From the NCBI GenBank assembly GCA_964534605.1, contig CAZHOS010000001.1:39198-103197 (forward strand): a stretch of 64,000 nucleotides of DNA, written 5' to 3'. This stretch comes from an uncultured Candidatus Saccharibacteria bacterium (GTDB lineage Bacteria > Patescibacteriota > Saccharimonadia > Saccharimonadales > VXPC01). The notes under the pieces were generated by a model. That model ran no database searches and was not told the DNA's origin. It saw only the letters and a list, made by a program, of their open reading frames with translations. Shown piece by piece: positions 35,551 through 45,500 of the stretch. The position numbers were made by a program, and so were the translations under genes. Position 1 is the first letter of the stretch; every line of letters starts with the position of its first letter.

Positions 35551-37146
35551 CTAGCGAACTACTCTATATATCTCTTCGATAGTCGTCTCGCCAGCTAGGG
35601 CGCGCAAGATGCCGTCTTGCAGCATAGTCGTCATACTAGACTTAACTACTTCGTCTATGCGGTCCGACGATACTTTTTTGCCTTTTTGTTGCAGCAGTTC
35701 TTTGAGCTCGCTGGTCATGACCATTAGCTCTCGTATGGCTACTTGACCACTAAAGCCAAAGGGATTCTCCTCCGACGCCCCCGGACTGTAGAGGGTGATA
35801 TTACTGAGGTCTGGCCGCTGGACATACTCTGGCAGCGAATCTACGACGTCGATTATCTGTTGCCGTAGCATATTGTCAGGCTGATAAGGCTGTTTGGTAG
35901 AGTCATCTAGCTTGCGGATAAGGCGTTGAGCTTGCACGAGCCTAATTGCACTTATAAACAACGGGTTCTCGTCCGTCGCGTCTAGTATGCGCGTCATAGC
36001 CGCACTGGCCGAGCTGGCATGATAAGTACTAAGAACCAGATGGCCAGTCAGCGCTGCCTGCAGTGCGGTGCGAGCTGTCTCGGTGTCGCGGATCTCGCCG
36101 ATCATTATGGTGTCTGGGTCCAGTCGTAGTACCGCACGAAGGTTCTCGTCAAAAGACGAGCCTTCCTGAGTATTAACCGGTATCTGCGTGATGCCTTCTA
36201 CCTGGTACTCTACTGGATCCTCGAGCGTAATAATCTTGTTGGTTGGGCTGCGCAGCTCGTTAATAATGCTGTACAGTGTGGTGCTTTTGCCAGACCCTGT
36301 TGGCCCAACTATTAGTACCAAGCCAGATGGATGCTGGACGATATCGCCTATGATCCCCTGCTGATAATCGCTAAGACCTAGTTTGTCCAGGTGTAGCATG
36401 TCCGGGTCAAAGTTAAATAGCCTCAGCACTGCATCCATACCGTGTACGGTAGGTACGGTCTCGACGCGTAAGTTTACCTCTATTTCTGAGCTGTCTTCTA
36501 GCTGGAAGGACCTGTTGATCTGTCCCGTTTGGGGGTCGGCCGAGCTAGTCGACACATTGGCTGCACTAGCCAGTGCGCCTGTTAGCATGCGGTAGCGCTC
36601 TTTGCTAAGCCGGGCGATTGGGTGCAGTACACCATGCACGCGCAGGCGGATGCCGACGTCGTCATCTGCGTTTTCTAGATGTATATCACTGGCTTTTAGG
36701 CGGAAGGCCTGTTTGACAATATATGCCAGCATATCGTCGGCCTTCACCTTGTCCAGAGTCTCGCTGATATGCTCTATCCCATGCTCGCTGGAAGCGTCAT
36801 TAAGCTCGATATCGGAATACACAACCTTTTCTGGTGGGTCGTATAGCAGCATGTACTCTTTGTAAGACACGTCGGATATCAGGACAAACTGCACACGTCG
36901 GTCGTTAAACTTTGTCCGCAGACTGTCCCGAATCTTGGGCGAGGTATTGGTTGTGATGCCAAATGTAATACCGTCTTCGCTAGATACGATTGGGATGACC
37001 CGCTGATCATACATCTCTTGCTTACCTAGCAGGTCTGGATAAAGCGGTTTTTGCTGTAAGGTGCGGGTGTCTAGGTAGCGCAAACCGAGTAGCTGCGAGC
37101 GCTGCAACGTATTCGCCTCCTCTATTGCCCTTTGGTCTTGTGCCAC
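35551..37146 (-). CDS. type IV pilus / type II secretion assembly ATPase (PilB/GspE family)
   Basis: GSPII_E N-terminal domain, Walker A LIVGPTGSGKSTTL, Asp/His boxes, about 530 aa. Start placed at GTG 37146 (VAQDQRAIEE...) with AGGTGGG SD. The longer ORF to 37305 overlaps the divergent SpoU gene. Confidence 0.85.
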   Translation of the reverse strand: MAQDQRAIEEANTLQRSQLLGLRYLDTRTLQQKPLYPDLLGKQEMYDQRVIPIVSSEDGITFGITTNTSPKIRDSLRTKFNDRRVQFVLISDVSYKEYMLLYDPPEKVVYSDIELNDASSEHGIEHISETLDKVKADDMLAYIVKQAFRLKASDIHLENADDDVGIRLRVHGVLHPIARLSKERYRMLTGALASAANVSTSSADPQTGQINRSFQLEDSSEIEVNLRVETVPTVHGMDAVLRLFNFDPDMLHLDKLGLSDYQQGIIGDIVQHPSGLVLIVGPTGSGKSTTLYSIINELRSPTNKIITLEDPVEYQVEGITQIPVNTQEGSSFDENLRAVLRLDPDTIMIGEIRDTETARTALQAALTGHLVLSTYHASSASAAMTRILDATDENPLFISAIRLVQAQRLIRKLDDSTKQPYQPDNMLRQQIIDVVDSLPEYVQRPDLSNITLYSPGASEENPFGFSGQVAIRELMVMTSELKELLQQKGKKVSSDRIDEVVKSSMTTMLQDGILRALAGETTIEEIYRVVR

Positions 37147-37195
37147 CTGCCCACCTATTTTTTTATATATTCTTGTGTAATAGTATAGCCTAAAT

Positions 37196-37681
37196 ATGTC
37201 AAAAATTACATTGGTTCTGGACAATCTACGTAGCTGCCAAAACGTTGGCTCTATTCTGCGCACATGCGATGGGCTGGGTGTAAGCAGCGTGGTATGTATT
37301 GGCACCAGCCCTTACCCTAGAGTAAAAGACGACGAGCGTCTGCCGCACATGGCAGACCGCCAGACTAAGCAAATCGCCAAATCATCTTTGGGTGCAGAAA
37401 CGACCGTTAAGGTTCTTTACTACCCAAGCATAGATGATTATCTAGCTGCCTACCATAACGTAAACCGAGTAGCCCTAGAGCAGACCGATAGCAGCGTGGG
37501 GTTAAGCAGCTACAAGCTAACCGCAGATATACATTTAGTCGTAGGCAACGAAGTAAATGGCGTAAGCAAAAAGCTATTAGATGAATCCGCTCATTACGTA
37601 GAGATATCCATGCAGGGCAAAAAAGAATCACTCAACGTTGCTGTCGCTACAGGTATCGCTTTACATCAATTGTTGCTTTAA
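37196..37681 (+). CDS. SpoU/TrmH-family RNA 2'-O-methyltransferase
   Basis: 161 aa; LDNLRSCQNVGSILRTCDGLGV ... GNEVNGVS ... ESLNVAVATGIALHQL are the SPOUT methyltransferase motifs. Confidence 0.8.
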   Translation: MSKITLVLDNLRSCQNVGSILRTCDGLGVSSVVCIGTSPYPRVKDDERLPHMADRQTKQIAKSSLGAETTVKVLYYPSIDDYLAAYHNVNRVALEQTDSSVGLSSYKLTADIHLVVGNEVNGVSKKLLDESAHYVEISMQGKKESLNVAVATGIALHQLLL

Positions 37682-37730
37682 TTTTTTATTTATAATAGCA
37701 GACATTAATCAAAGGCTTCCGAAGTACCCT

Positions 37731-37990
37731 CCTTCAATACTTTTTCTCAAAAAGTATTCCAAAAACACCCCAGCGGTAATCAAAAAACAAACTAGCAAAA
37801 ACCCTACAGAAACAATCAGCAGCCTGCGGGACTCCCTCTGGTCGGTCTGAGAGGCAGCTAGAGCATGCCTCAACCAGACTAATCCTCACCTGTCTGACTG
37901 TTCTGCAGGTTTTTAGACTAATCTGTTTTGATTAATGCTGGGAGGGGCAGAAAAGCCAGCAAGCTGGCTTTAAACTTAGTGATGGCGGCT
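37731..37990 (+). repeat. copy 2 of the roughly 260-nt conserved intergenic element
   Basis: Co-linear with 25604..25860 with the same blocks. Hairpin AAGCCAGC-AAG-GCTGGCTT has the same stem and a different loop. The hairpin after GGTCGGTCTGAG is replaced by GAGGCA-GCTAGAGCA-TGCCTC. Starts 50 nt after the SpoU stop. Confidence 0.6.
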
Positions 37991-38049
37991 TGGCCACTCC
38001 TATTGCTTCTTTCGTCTTTATTCTTACCTCTTTCTCTGGCGCAACGAGC

Positions 38050-38078
38050 TTGCCTTAGATGTATATTTGTTGTATAAT
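38050..38078 (+). promoter_or_regulatory. sigma70-like promoter for ORF 38126
   Basis: TTGCCT - 17 nt - TATAAT. Confidence 0.5.
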
Positions 38079-38125
38079 AATTATTGATCGCAAAAATTTT
38101 GTGATTGAACTACCGAAGGGACATC

Positions 38126-38479
38126 ATGAGCTTCACGATTGAAATTCTTGAGCAAAGCTATCTGATCGACGACGATGGGAATGTTAGTCAAACGCTTGAG
38201 GGGGACGATCTAGTCCGTAATCTTGCCAATGGCAGAGGGCATGATTACCTCCATAAAGAGAAGCAGTGCACTGGGCGGGCGCTGAACCAAAGATCAAACA
38301 TCGTTGGAGGCAGCAAAACACTCAGAAATGGCCAAGTAGAGGTCTACTCGATCGTCCATATTAGGGACAAGGTTATCTCGATGTCTGTGACCATACCGGC
38401 AGAGAGCACCCTTTCAGATATCGAGAGCATGCTTTTGCTGATTAAGCAGAGAAGCAGGGCAGCCATCGAAATGTGGTAG
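38126..38479 (+). CDS. hypothetical protein
   Basis: 117 aa from the ATG at 38126 (GAAGGGA SD). The table ORF begins at a TTG at 38105. No recognisable domain. Confidence 0.45.
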   Translation: MSFTIEILEQSYLIDDDGNVSQTLEGDDLVRNLANGRGHDYLHKEKQCTGRALNQRSNIVGGSKTLRNGQVEVYSIVHIRDKVISMSVTIPAESTLSDIESMLLLIKQRSRAAIEMW

Positions 38480-38490
38480 ATTGCAATGAA

Positions 38491-38514
38491 GGCCCGGCGC
38501 GAAAGCGCCGGGTC
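38491..38514 (+). terminator. GC-rich hairpin terminator after ORF 38126
   Basis: GGCCCGGCGC-GAAA-GCGCCGGGTC followed by an A/T-rich tract. Confidence 0.5.
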
Positions 38515-38769
38515 AATAATTTATAAGCTGGATTCAGCTATGCCATTAGACTTCGGGATTTTAGAGCGAACACAAATCATATTATGGTTAGACCGCTTGG
38601 CTTTGAGCTAGAATCGAATTTTGGTGCGGAAGCTTGGCGGTGGCTGTGCAAGTGGCACTGCCCCGACAAGAACCGTAAACCGAAATATCGTATTCTAGCC
38701 AAAGACAGAAAACCGGCCAGTGCAACTAGCTATGCTAGTTGGCAGGGCCGGCTTTCTGGGCCAAGTGGT

Positions 38770-39486
38770 TTAGCTGCGCTTTTTGGCTTTGCGCACATTA
38801 CCCTTATTACGTGAAGCAATCACTTCGTTACCACCAAGTACGTACCACATTGCACCAACTGCACCACCACCGATTATCCACCAGTACCATGGAGCTGTAT
38901 CGTCATCGACCTCTGCGTCTTCTATCTCTGTTTGGATAGAATCTATAACGGATAGTTCGTCGGAGTTGTCATCGGGCTGACTATCTGTATCGTCTCCGCC
39001 TACTAGCTCGGAGCTATCTACAAACTCTGGGGCCGTTACTGGACGTACATCGGCTAGATCTTCGTCGATAGGAGCAAATGCTTCCCAGCGAGCAAGAGCA
39101 TCTGCCGATAAGTCACCTGTCCCCGCAATTGCGTCGCTAAGAACACTAGTTGGGATTATAACTTCGTCACCTATGTCTAGCATAAATGCACCTAGCTCCT
39201 GAACTGCGCAGGTTTCGGCAGCAATGGTAGTAGCTGTGTCTAGCTGCACACCTTGTTCCTCAGCGACAAGCTGTAAGCTTCGGCGAACAAGTATGGTTAG
39301 GTTATCGCCAGCTTGAGCTTCGTAGACAAAGTCTTCGCTAGATACACCTGACACCTCCGTCGTTACTTCTGCTTCTTCGGCCTCCTGTGCGGCAACGTTG
39401 CCAGAATTAACTAAGCCAAAGGCAAAGATTGCAGTTAATAATATCCCGACCCTGAATATGTAGTTGTAACGAGCTGTTGCGCTCAT
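38770..39486 (-). CDS. hypothetical acidic exported protein with N-terminal signal/TM, C-terminal TM anchor and a possible LysM-like segment
   Basis: Start at ATG 39486 with GGAGGG SD. N-terminus MSATARYNYIFRVGILLTAIFAFGLVN; C-terminus WYWWIIGGGAVGAMWYVLGG plus a basic tail. The stretch VYEAQAGDNLTILVRRSL...DEVIIP is weakly LysM-like. Confidence 0.5.
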   Translation of the reverse strand: MSATARYNYIFRVGILLTAIFAFGLVNSGNVAAQEAEEAEVTTEVSGVSSEDFVYEAQAGDNLTILVRRSLQLVAEEQGVQLDTATTIAAETCAVQELGAFMLDIGDEVIIPTSVLSDAIAGTGDLSADALARWEAFAPIDEDLADVRPVTAPEFVDSSELVGGDDTDSQPDDNSDELSVIDSIQTEIEDAEVDDDTAPWYWWIIGGGAVGAMWYVLGGNEVIASRNKGNVRKAKKRS

Positions 39487-39674
39487 AGATAACCCTCCAG
39501 TTTTTTTCTCAACTGTTACTTTACTGTAATCGTGCCCTATCCTCAAGTTTATGTTATTTAAGCATAAGCGTTTTGACCACTGTTTATGTATGTTGCTGCT
39601 GCGTTGTGCAATTATCAACTTAGGTTGCTTAAGGCTTTAGGCCACTTATGTTTTTTGGTACAATCTAAGTAATC

Positions 39675-40628
39675 ATGAGCACAAACAAAACGCCTGCTGG
39701 GCACACCAAACATCGCTTTGGACACCTAATGATCACATTCGGTATGTTTATGTGGATAGCGCTATCCGTCGCAGTTAACTGGGCGCCAGGATCTGCACAA
39801 GCAGTCTCGATAGGGTCTGTACTAAGTCTGAGCAACTCCCAGCGAACAGCAAACGGCGTTGCAGCCCTAACAGCCAACAGTACGTTGAACGCTGCGGCAC
39901 AAGCAAAAGCCCAACATATGCTGAATAACGATTACTGGGCACACAATGCACCGGATGGGACAACATGGTTTAGCTTTATTGTTGCCCAAGGCTACAGCTA
40001 CCAGACAGCAGGCGAGAATCTAGCGCTAACATCGTCCCCCGGCGGCTCCGCATCCGACGTTGTTACCGGATGGATGAATAGTCCTGGCCATAGAGCAAAT
40101 TTGTTAAATAGCGCCTTCACAGAGGTTGGACACGGCGTAGTGTTTGCTCCAACAGGTGTGGGCGAGCACGAGTTCGCAAGCTACTTGGTAGTTGCTATGT
40201 ATGCCCTGCCTAACACCCCAACACCACCTCCGCCGCCACCAGAACCAGATCCGCCTGCACCCGATACCAATCCCGAACCAGAACCGGAGCCGGAGACAGA
40301 GCCTACCACCGCTCCTGCACCACCAACCTCTACCCCCATAGTCGAAGAACCCGAGGAACCAGAAGCAGAAGCAGAAGAGCCAGAGCAAATTGCCCAGAGC
40401 GAACCCATCCCAGAGAATCAGTCAGTCCCAGCAGATGATGAGATACCTACCACGCCAGTTGTACCTGTCGCCAGCGTCAACCCAACCACAGACAGACTGA
40501 TAGCACCAGAGTTGGCGATACTGCTTGCCACTGTTGCTGCGGGTATCATTGTTGCGGGTATTTACTTGGAGGTTCGGTGGGTTAAGAAGCATGGACACAT
40601 ACAACACATTCACTTCCCCCACCTCTAA
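39675..40628 (+). CDS. CAP/SCP/PR1-like (YkwD-type) extracellular domain protein with Pro/Glu-rich linker and C-terminal membrane anchor
   Basis: N-terminal signal/TM, then YWAHNAPDGTTWF...GENLAL...GWMNSPGHRANLLNSAFTEVGHGV (CAP domain motifs), a PPPPPEPDPPAPDTNPEPEPEPETEP linker and a C-terminal TM. Confidence 0.8.
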   Translation: MSTNKTPAGHTKHRFGHLMITFGMFMWIALSVAVNWAPGSAQAVSIGSVLSLSNSQRTANGVAALTANSTLNAAAQAKAQHMLNNDYWAHNAPDGTTWFSFIVAQGYSYQTAGENLALTSSPGGSASDVVTGWMNSPGHRANLLNSAFTEVGHGVVFAPTGVGEHEFASYLVVAMYALPNTPTPPPPPPEPDPPAPDTNPEPEPEPETEPTTAPAPPTSTPIVEEPEEPEAEAEEPEQIAQSEPIPENQSVPADDEIPTTPVVPVASVNPTTDRLIAPELAILLATVAAGIIVAGIYLEVRWVKKHGHIQHIHFPHL

Positions 40629-40741
40629 AACTCCCTGGCCCAGAGTCAGCACCTGCCAAAGAGTCAAACTCTTTGTACCGTGCTGACTCCGTCTTGGCAC
40701 ATCTTGGATATTTTTACTGTGGGGATTAAGGGAGGAGTAGC

Positions 40742-40936
40742 ATGTCTACACCAACCCTTAATTGTCCTCGTAAAAATTCCAAGCTGCACTCAAGCCAGGC
40801 AGTTTTAGCGCCTCAGTACCGTCGATTGAATAGAGGAGATGTATGCCCTGAAGTTTGCTTCAGGCTCAAAGCCAAGCACACTACAGGCAACGACTCGATA
40901 AAGCTGGTTGGATATTTTTATCTTTATGGCACGTAG
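40742..40936 (+). CDS. possible small Cys-containing basic protein (low confidence)
   Basis: 64-aa ORF preceded by a strong AAGGGAGGAG SD 4 nt upstream. Lies in a 550-bp intergenic region; no homology recognised. Confidence 0.2.
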   Translation: MSTPTLNCPRKNSKLHSSQAVLAPQYRRLNRGDVCPEVCFRLKAKHTTGNDSIKLVGYFYLYGT

Positions 40937-41171
40937 GACGCTTGGTGGTGAGTCGTACCACCTTCACTCTTCCGGTCAAGCCAGAGGCTTGACTCTTACG
41001 GAGTGCCATATGCACACCTTCCTTGCAGAACCGCCGGATAAAATTCAATTCTAACGCCTTGTCTGAAGTGTTTAGATAACCGACAGAATCTTCCACACTA
41101 GCACTCTTTGGCTGTTGCTCGAGCTGGTACTTAGAGGGTAGTTTTGGTCTTTGCTACCCCTGATACGTCTT

Positions 41172-41205
41172 CATAAAAGTAAAGACCGCCGATTTCTCGG
41201 CGGTC
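41172..41205 (-). terminator. rho-independent terminator after membrane-protein paralog 2
   Basis: Minus strand GACCGCCG-AGAAATC-GGCGGTC followed by TTTACTTTTAT. Shares the CCGATTTCTCGG core with the hairpin at 32825..32848. Confidence 0.45.
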
Positions 41206-41229
41206 TCATCACATGATCCCATTAGCCTG

Positions 41230-41646
41230 TCAAAGCTTAGTTGCGAAAAGGCCGCTCCTCAGAGAGCATTCGACTCTTCCATCCTCAGAAACAATCTTCT
41301 GCTGAGACATTATGGCTCTTTGCCAATGCCCCTTACCTGGCAGTGTGTACTCGGTCATTGCGTATTCATAGGCCAGACCGCAGTATTTCTCTTCTAGCCG
41401 TTTAAAGCTAGAGTAGAACAACCATATAGCCATGGAAAAGAGCAGTACCAACGTCCCCTTGAGGCTCAGGTCAAAGCTTGCCAGACCTAACTCAAAGGCA
41501 AATAGGACCTTTGATGAGGGCAAGAATAGGACGCTAGAGGCTAAGCAGGTAGCCCCAAAAATACCCAGGACAGTGAGATAGTTTGCCTTCTGCCGGTAGT
41601 CCCTGAGGCAGATCAATTCTGGTGTGATGTTCTTCGTGTTTTCCAT
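41230..41646 (-). CDS. small 2-TM membrane protein, paralog 2 (MENTKNITPEL...)
   Basis: Start at ATG 41646 with AAGGAGGT SD 5 nt upstream; 138 aa. The first 30 nt of CDS, the RBS, 5'UTR and -10 box resemble ORF 32871..33293. Confidence 0.55.
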   Translation of the reverse strand: MENTKNITPELICLRDYRQKANYLTVLGIFGATCLASSVLFLPSSKVLFAFELGLASFDLSLKGTLVLLFSMAIWLFYSSFKRLEEKYCGLAYEYAMTEYTLPGKGHWQRAIMSQQKIVSEDGRVECSLRSGLFATKL

Positions 41647-41753
41647 GGTGACCTCCTTGGGGTCTCGACAATAAGAAACGAACGAATAATATATTATATC
41701 ATTTTTCTGCAATAAAGATATACTTTCAGCTATTTTTAGTGTATAAAATAGGC

Positions 41754-42494
41754 ATGAGAGAGATAAAAGCACTCTATCGGAATACGCGCCTAGATAACTA
41801 TTTGGACACTAAAAACGCCATACGCTTAGGGCAACGATTCTTAGAGCTAACTAGACACGAGCCAGACATAATCTGTCTATAAGAAGTCGTAAGAGCAGAT
41901 GGAGAGATAGACCCCATTACAAAGATATCTGGCGACCTAGGCTACGATACATGCTACCAACTACAAACAGAAATGAGACAACGACCAGATGCACACCTAG
42001 GAATGCTAATGTTATCTAGGATCCCCTTTATAGATATGAATGTCTATAAGCTAGCTCATGCTGATGCTGATGAGGTAGGTGTATCTACGTACTTACAGGA
42101 AATGCACCTCGCAATAGATGGAGATAAGCTGACGGTTTCAAACAACCACTGGTGTCATATGTGGCCAGGGACAAAAGCTACCAGAACTGAGAACAAAACA
42201 AACTTTCGTAGACACCTTCTCAAAGGGCACACACCAGTTAGCTATGTTTTAGGAGGTGATCTAAATACGTGGCAAGGAGAACAGATAATTAGAAACCTGG
42301 GCAAAGTATACGACATGATAACAGGCAGCTTCATAAATCCAACCTACCGCTATAACGGAAAGCTACTGGCACCATTTCTGAATGTTGACTATGTTGGAGT
42401 GCCAAAAGCTGCGGACATAAGCATCACTGATTTTGTGCAGCTAGACAGAACCCCGTCAGACCACTGCCCTCTTCTAGCAACCATCGGCCTCTAA
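41754..42494 (+). pseudogene. endonuclease/exonuclease/phosphatase (EEP, DNase I-like) family gene interrupted by an in-frame TAA
   Basis: ATG 41754 encodes MREIKALYRNTRLDNYLDTKNAIRLGQRFLELTRHEPDIICL, then TAA at 41880-41882 exactly where the conserved Q of the EEP motif PDIICLQE belongs. The same frame then continues EVVRADGEID... into ORF 41973..42494, which carries GGDLNTW and SDHCPLLATI. Confidence 0.6.
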
Positions 42495-42553
42495 GCGATT
42501 GGGCCTAGTTCGACTTAATGCACTCTTTACAGCAGTTTAAAAATATATGAATA

Positions 42554-45500
42554 TCAATTCAGCTTGATAGATTCTTTACCCAGCAGCTCTGCCAAAGAGG
42601 CAATAAGATCTTGTTTGGGCTCAACCTTTTGTGGCAGGCGTAGGATTTGTTTGTCGGTATTGCCGCCCAGCACTAGGACTACCTCTGTGCCCCCGTGCGC
42701 TTCGTCTAGGATATTCTTGATACTAGCGAGTTTGGTAGAGTCGCTGGTATCCTGCATACGTATGTAGAGCCTCTCTGGCTTGGGCTCTTGGGGCTTTGGT
42801 TGCGGCTGAGCTGCAGGGGCTTTGCTATAGCGTGATCTACCGCCAGCCTTGCCCGGCTGTATGGTCTGCCTAGCACCGGACGGGGCAAAACTAGCTAGAT
42901 CGTCGTCCTCGATTATCTTGACCTTATTAACAATAATCTTTGGCTCGTCCATAAGCGTACCTAGCTGATCGCGGGCATTTACTTTGCCTTCTACTAGGAC
43001 CACCTTGTCCTGCTCCCAACAGTCGCTAGATTGCTTCATTGCACTTGGAAAGACTACGAGCTCGATGTCCTTGTCGACATCCTCGATACGCACAAATGCC
43101 ATAGGATCACCCTTTTTCGTTATAATTTGGCGCACTTCTTGTACAACTCCGCCAATAATTACGCTGGACTCGTCGTGGGCTGGCTCTATCGATTTAATAG
43201 GCACGGCCTTCTCTTCTAGGTAGTCCTTGTAGTCGCCTAGTGGATGGTCGGATAAGTAAAGCCCTAGTAGCTCTCTCTCCCATAGTAGCCTCTCTTTCTT
43301 ACTGGGCTCCTCCCCTTTTGTTAACGTTACCTGTAGCTTAACGGCGCTATCCTCTGTAGCGTTACCAAAGAGGTCTGTCTGCCCGCTGGCAGCTTCTTTA
43401 GCGATCTTTTGACCAACATGCAGAATATCGTCTAGCGAGTTAAGCAGTGTACCGCGGGTATCAAAAGCGTCAAAAGCTCCGGCGCGGATCAGACTCTCCC
43501 ATGCCTTGCGGTTAACGACACGGGCATTTACTCTCTCGACGAAGTCGTTGATGTCTTTAAACTCACCACCCTCGTCGCGGGCACGGATAATCTCGGCAAC
43601 AGGACCATGACCAACATTCTTGACGGCATCCATGCCGAACCTAATCTGCTCTTTCTTTTTGACAACGGCAAATTCGTGGAAAGACTCGTTAACATCTGGC
43701 GGCAACACCTTGATGTCACGCTGGTTGCACTCGGCAATCTCGATGGCTAGGCGATCGGTATTGCCTTGGTCACTGGTCATCAGGGCCGCCATAAAGGCAG
43801 CTGGGTAATGCGCTTTTAGATAGGCGGTTTGGTAGGCAATAAGTCCGTAGCAAACGGAGTGAGACTTGTTGAATGCGTAGTCGGCAAATCCCAGTAGATC
43901 TTGCCAGAACTTTTCCATGATTTCTTTGGGCACACCGGAATGCTCGACACCGCCCTCTATAAAGCGCTTTTCCATCTTTAACATCACTTCGCGAATCTTT
44001 TTACCAATAGCTTTACGTAGGGTGTCAGCCTCGCCACCGCTAAAGCCGCATACCTCTGTGCTAATAAGCATCACTTGCTCTTGGTAAACCAGTGTACCGT
44101 AGGTAGAGCTAAGGGCGCTTTCGAAGGCTGGATGCGGTACCTCTACTTTTGCTTTGCCGTTTTTGCGGTCAATAAATAGATCTACAAGACCAGCCGTTAG
44201 CGGACCTGGGCGATACAGAGCAGTCATGGCAGCTATGTCATCGAACTCAGTCGGTTTGAGCTTGCGTAGGTATTGCTTCATGCCGCCAGATTCTAGCTGG
44301 AAGATACCAGTTGTATCGCCGCGCTGCAGTAGTTCGTAAGTTTTCTTGTCATCCAAAGGCAAGGTATCGATATCTACCTCTTCGCCATAAACCTTCTTGA
44401 TAATACGCATAGTATTTTTGATAATCGTTAAGTTGGATAGGCCTAGAAAGTCCATCTTTAGCAGGCCTAGTTCCTCCACCGGATTCATCGAATACTGAGT
44501 AGCAACAACGCCCTTTTGAGCCATTTCAAGCGGCGTATACTTAACAATGTCATCAGGTGCTATCACTACACCAGCAGCATGAACACCGTGGCTACGTATG
44601 GTGCCCTCTAAACGCACCGCCATATCAAAGACACGTTTAGAATTAGCGTTGTTCTCGTATTCTTCGCGAAGCTCGTTGTTGTCCTCTAGGCTGACTTTAA
44701 GCGGGATGTGTCGCCCCTGTACAGGCGGTGGTATCATCTTGGCTAAACGATCTGCCTCGGCGTAGGGCACCTCTAGCACGCGTGATACATCGCGTACGGC
44801 ATTGCGGGCAGCCATTTTGCCGAAGGTCACAATGTTGGCTACGCGGTCAGCGCCGTATTTGTCGGTAACATATTGGATGACCTCATCGCGGCGGGTATCC
44901 TGAATATCCACGTCTATATCTGGCATGCTGATACGGTCTGGGTTCAGGAACCTTTCGAAGAGTAGATCGTACTTCATCGGATCTACTTCTGTAATGCGCA
45001 GAGAGTACGACACGATCGATCCGGCAGCCGATCCACGCCCTGGACCATAAACAATGCCCTGCTCTTTACCCCAAACGATAAAGTCCCAGACTATTAGGAA
45101 GTAGCCGTTAAAGCCCATCGAGTCTAGTACGCCTAGCTCGTACTCACACCTCTCTAGCAGATCCTTATCCACCAGCTTTTTGGCAGCGGCTACGTCGAGT
45201 TTCGTAGAGTCTTCTAGTGATATGTCTGTGTAGCGCCAGGCGAGACCTTGGTAAACTAACTCGTGCAAATAGGACTTTTCGTTGTAGCCTTTAGGGACCG
45301 GGAACTTCGGGATGAGTATCTTGCCCAGCTCTATGTCTACGTTGCATTTATCGGCGATTGCTCTGGTATTGGTGATTACCTCTGGTCTATCTTTCCAGCG
45401 CTCTATAACATCAAGAGGGTCAGATACATACAAATGCCAGCCCTTAAGGCTCATGCGCTTTTCTTCGCTAAGGAATGATCCTGTCTGTACACACAGCAAG

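Noticed and set aside
37196-37305. Extending the PilB-like ORF to the ATG at 37305
   Set aside because: That would add 53 residues of non-PilB sequence and overlap the divergent SpoU gene. GTG 37146 with an AGGTGGG SD gives a canonical GSPII_E N-terminus.
40940-41060. SRP (4.5S) RNA or RNase P RNA in the long spacer
   Set aside because: There is only partial resemblance (GCAAGGAAGG on the minus strand versus the GGAAGGAAGCAGCC SRP apex; CAGAACCGCCGGAUAA versus the RNase P ACAGAACCCGGCUUA). The complementary conserved strands (GGAAAGUCCGG; AGGUCAGG) are absent.
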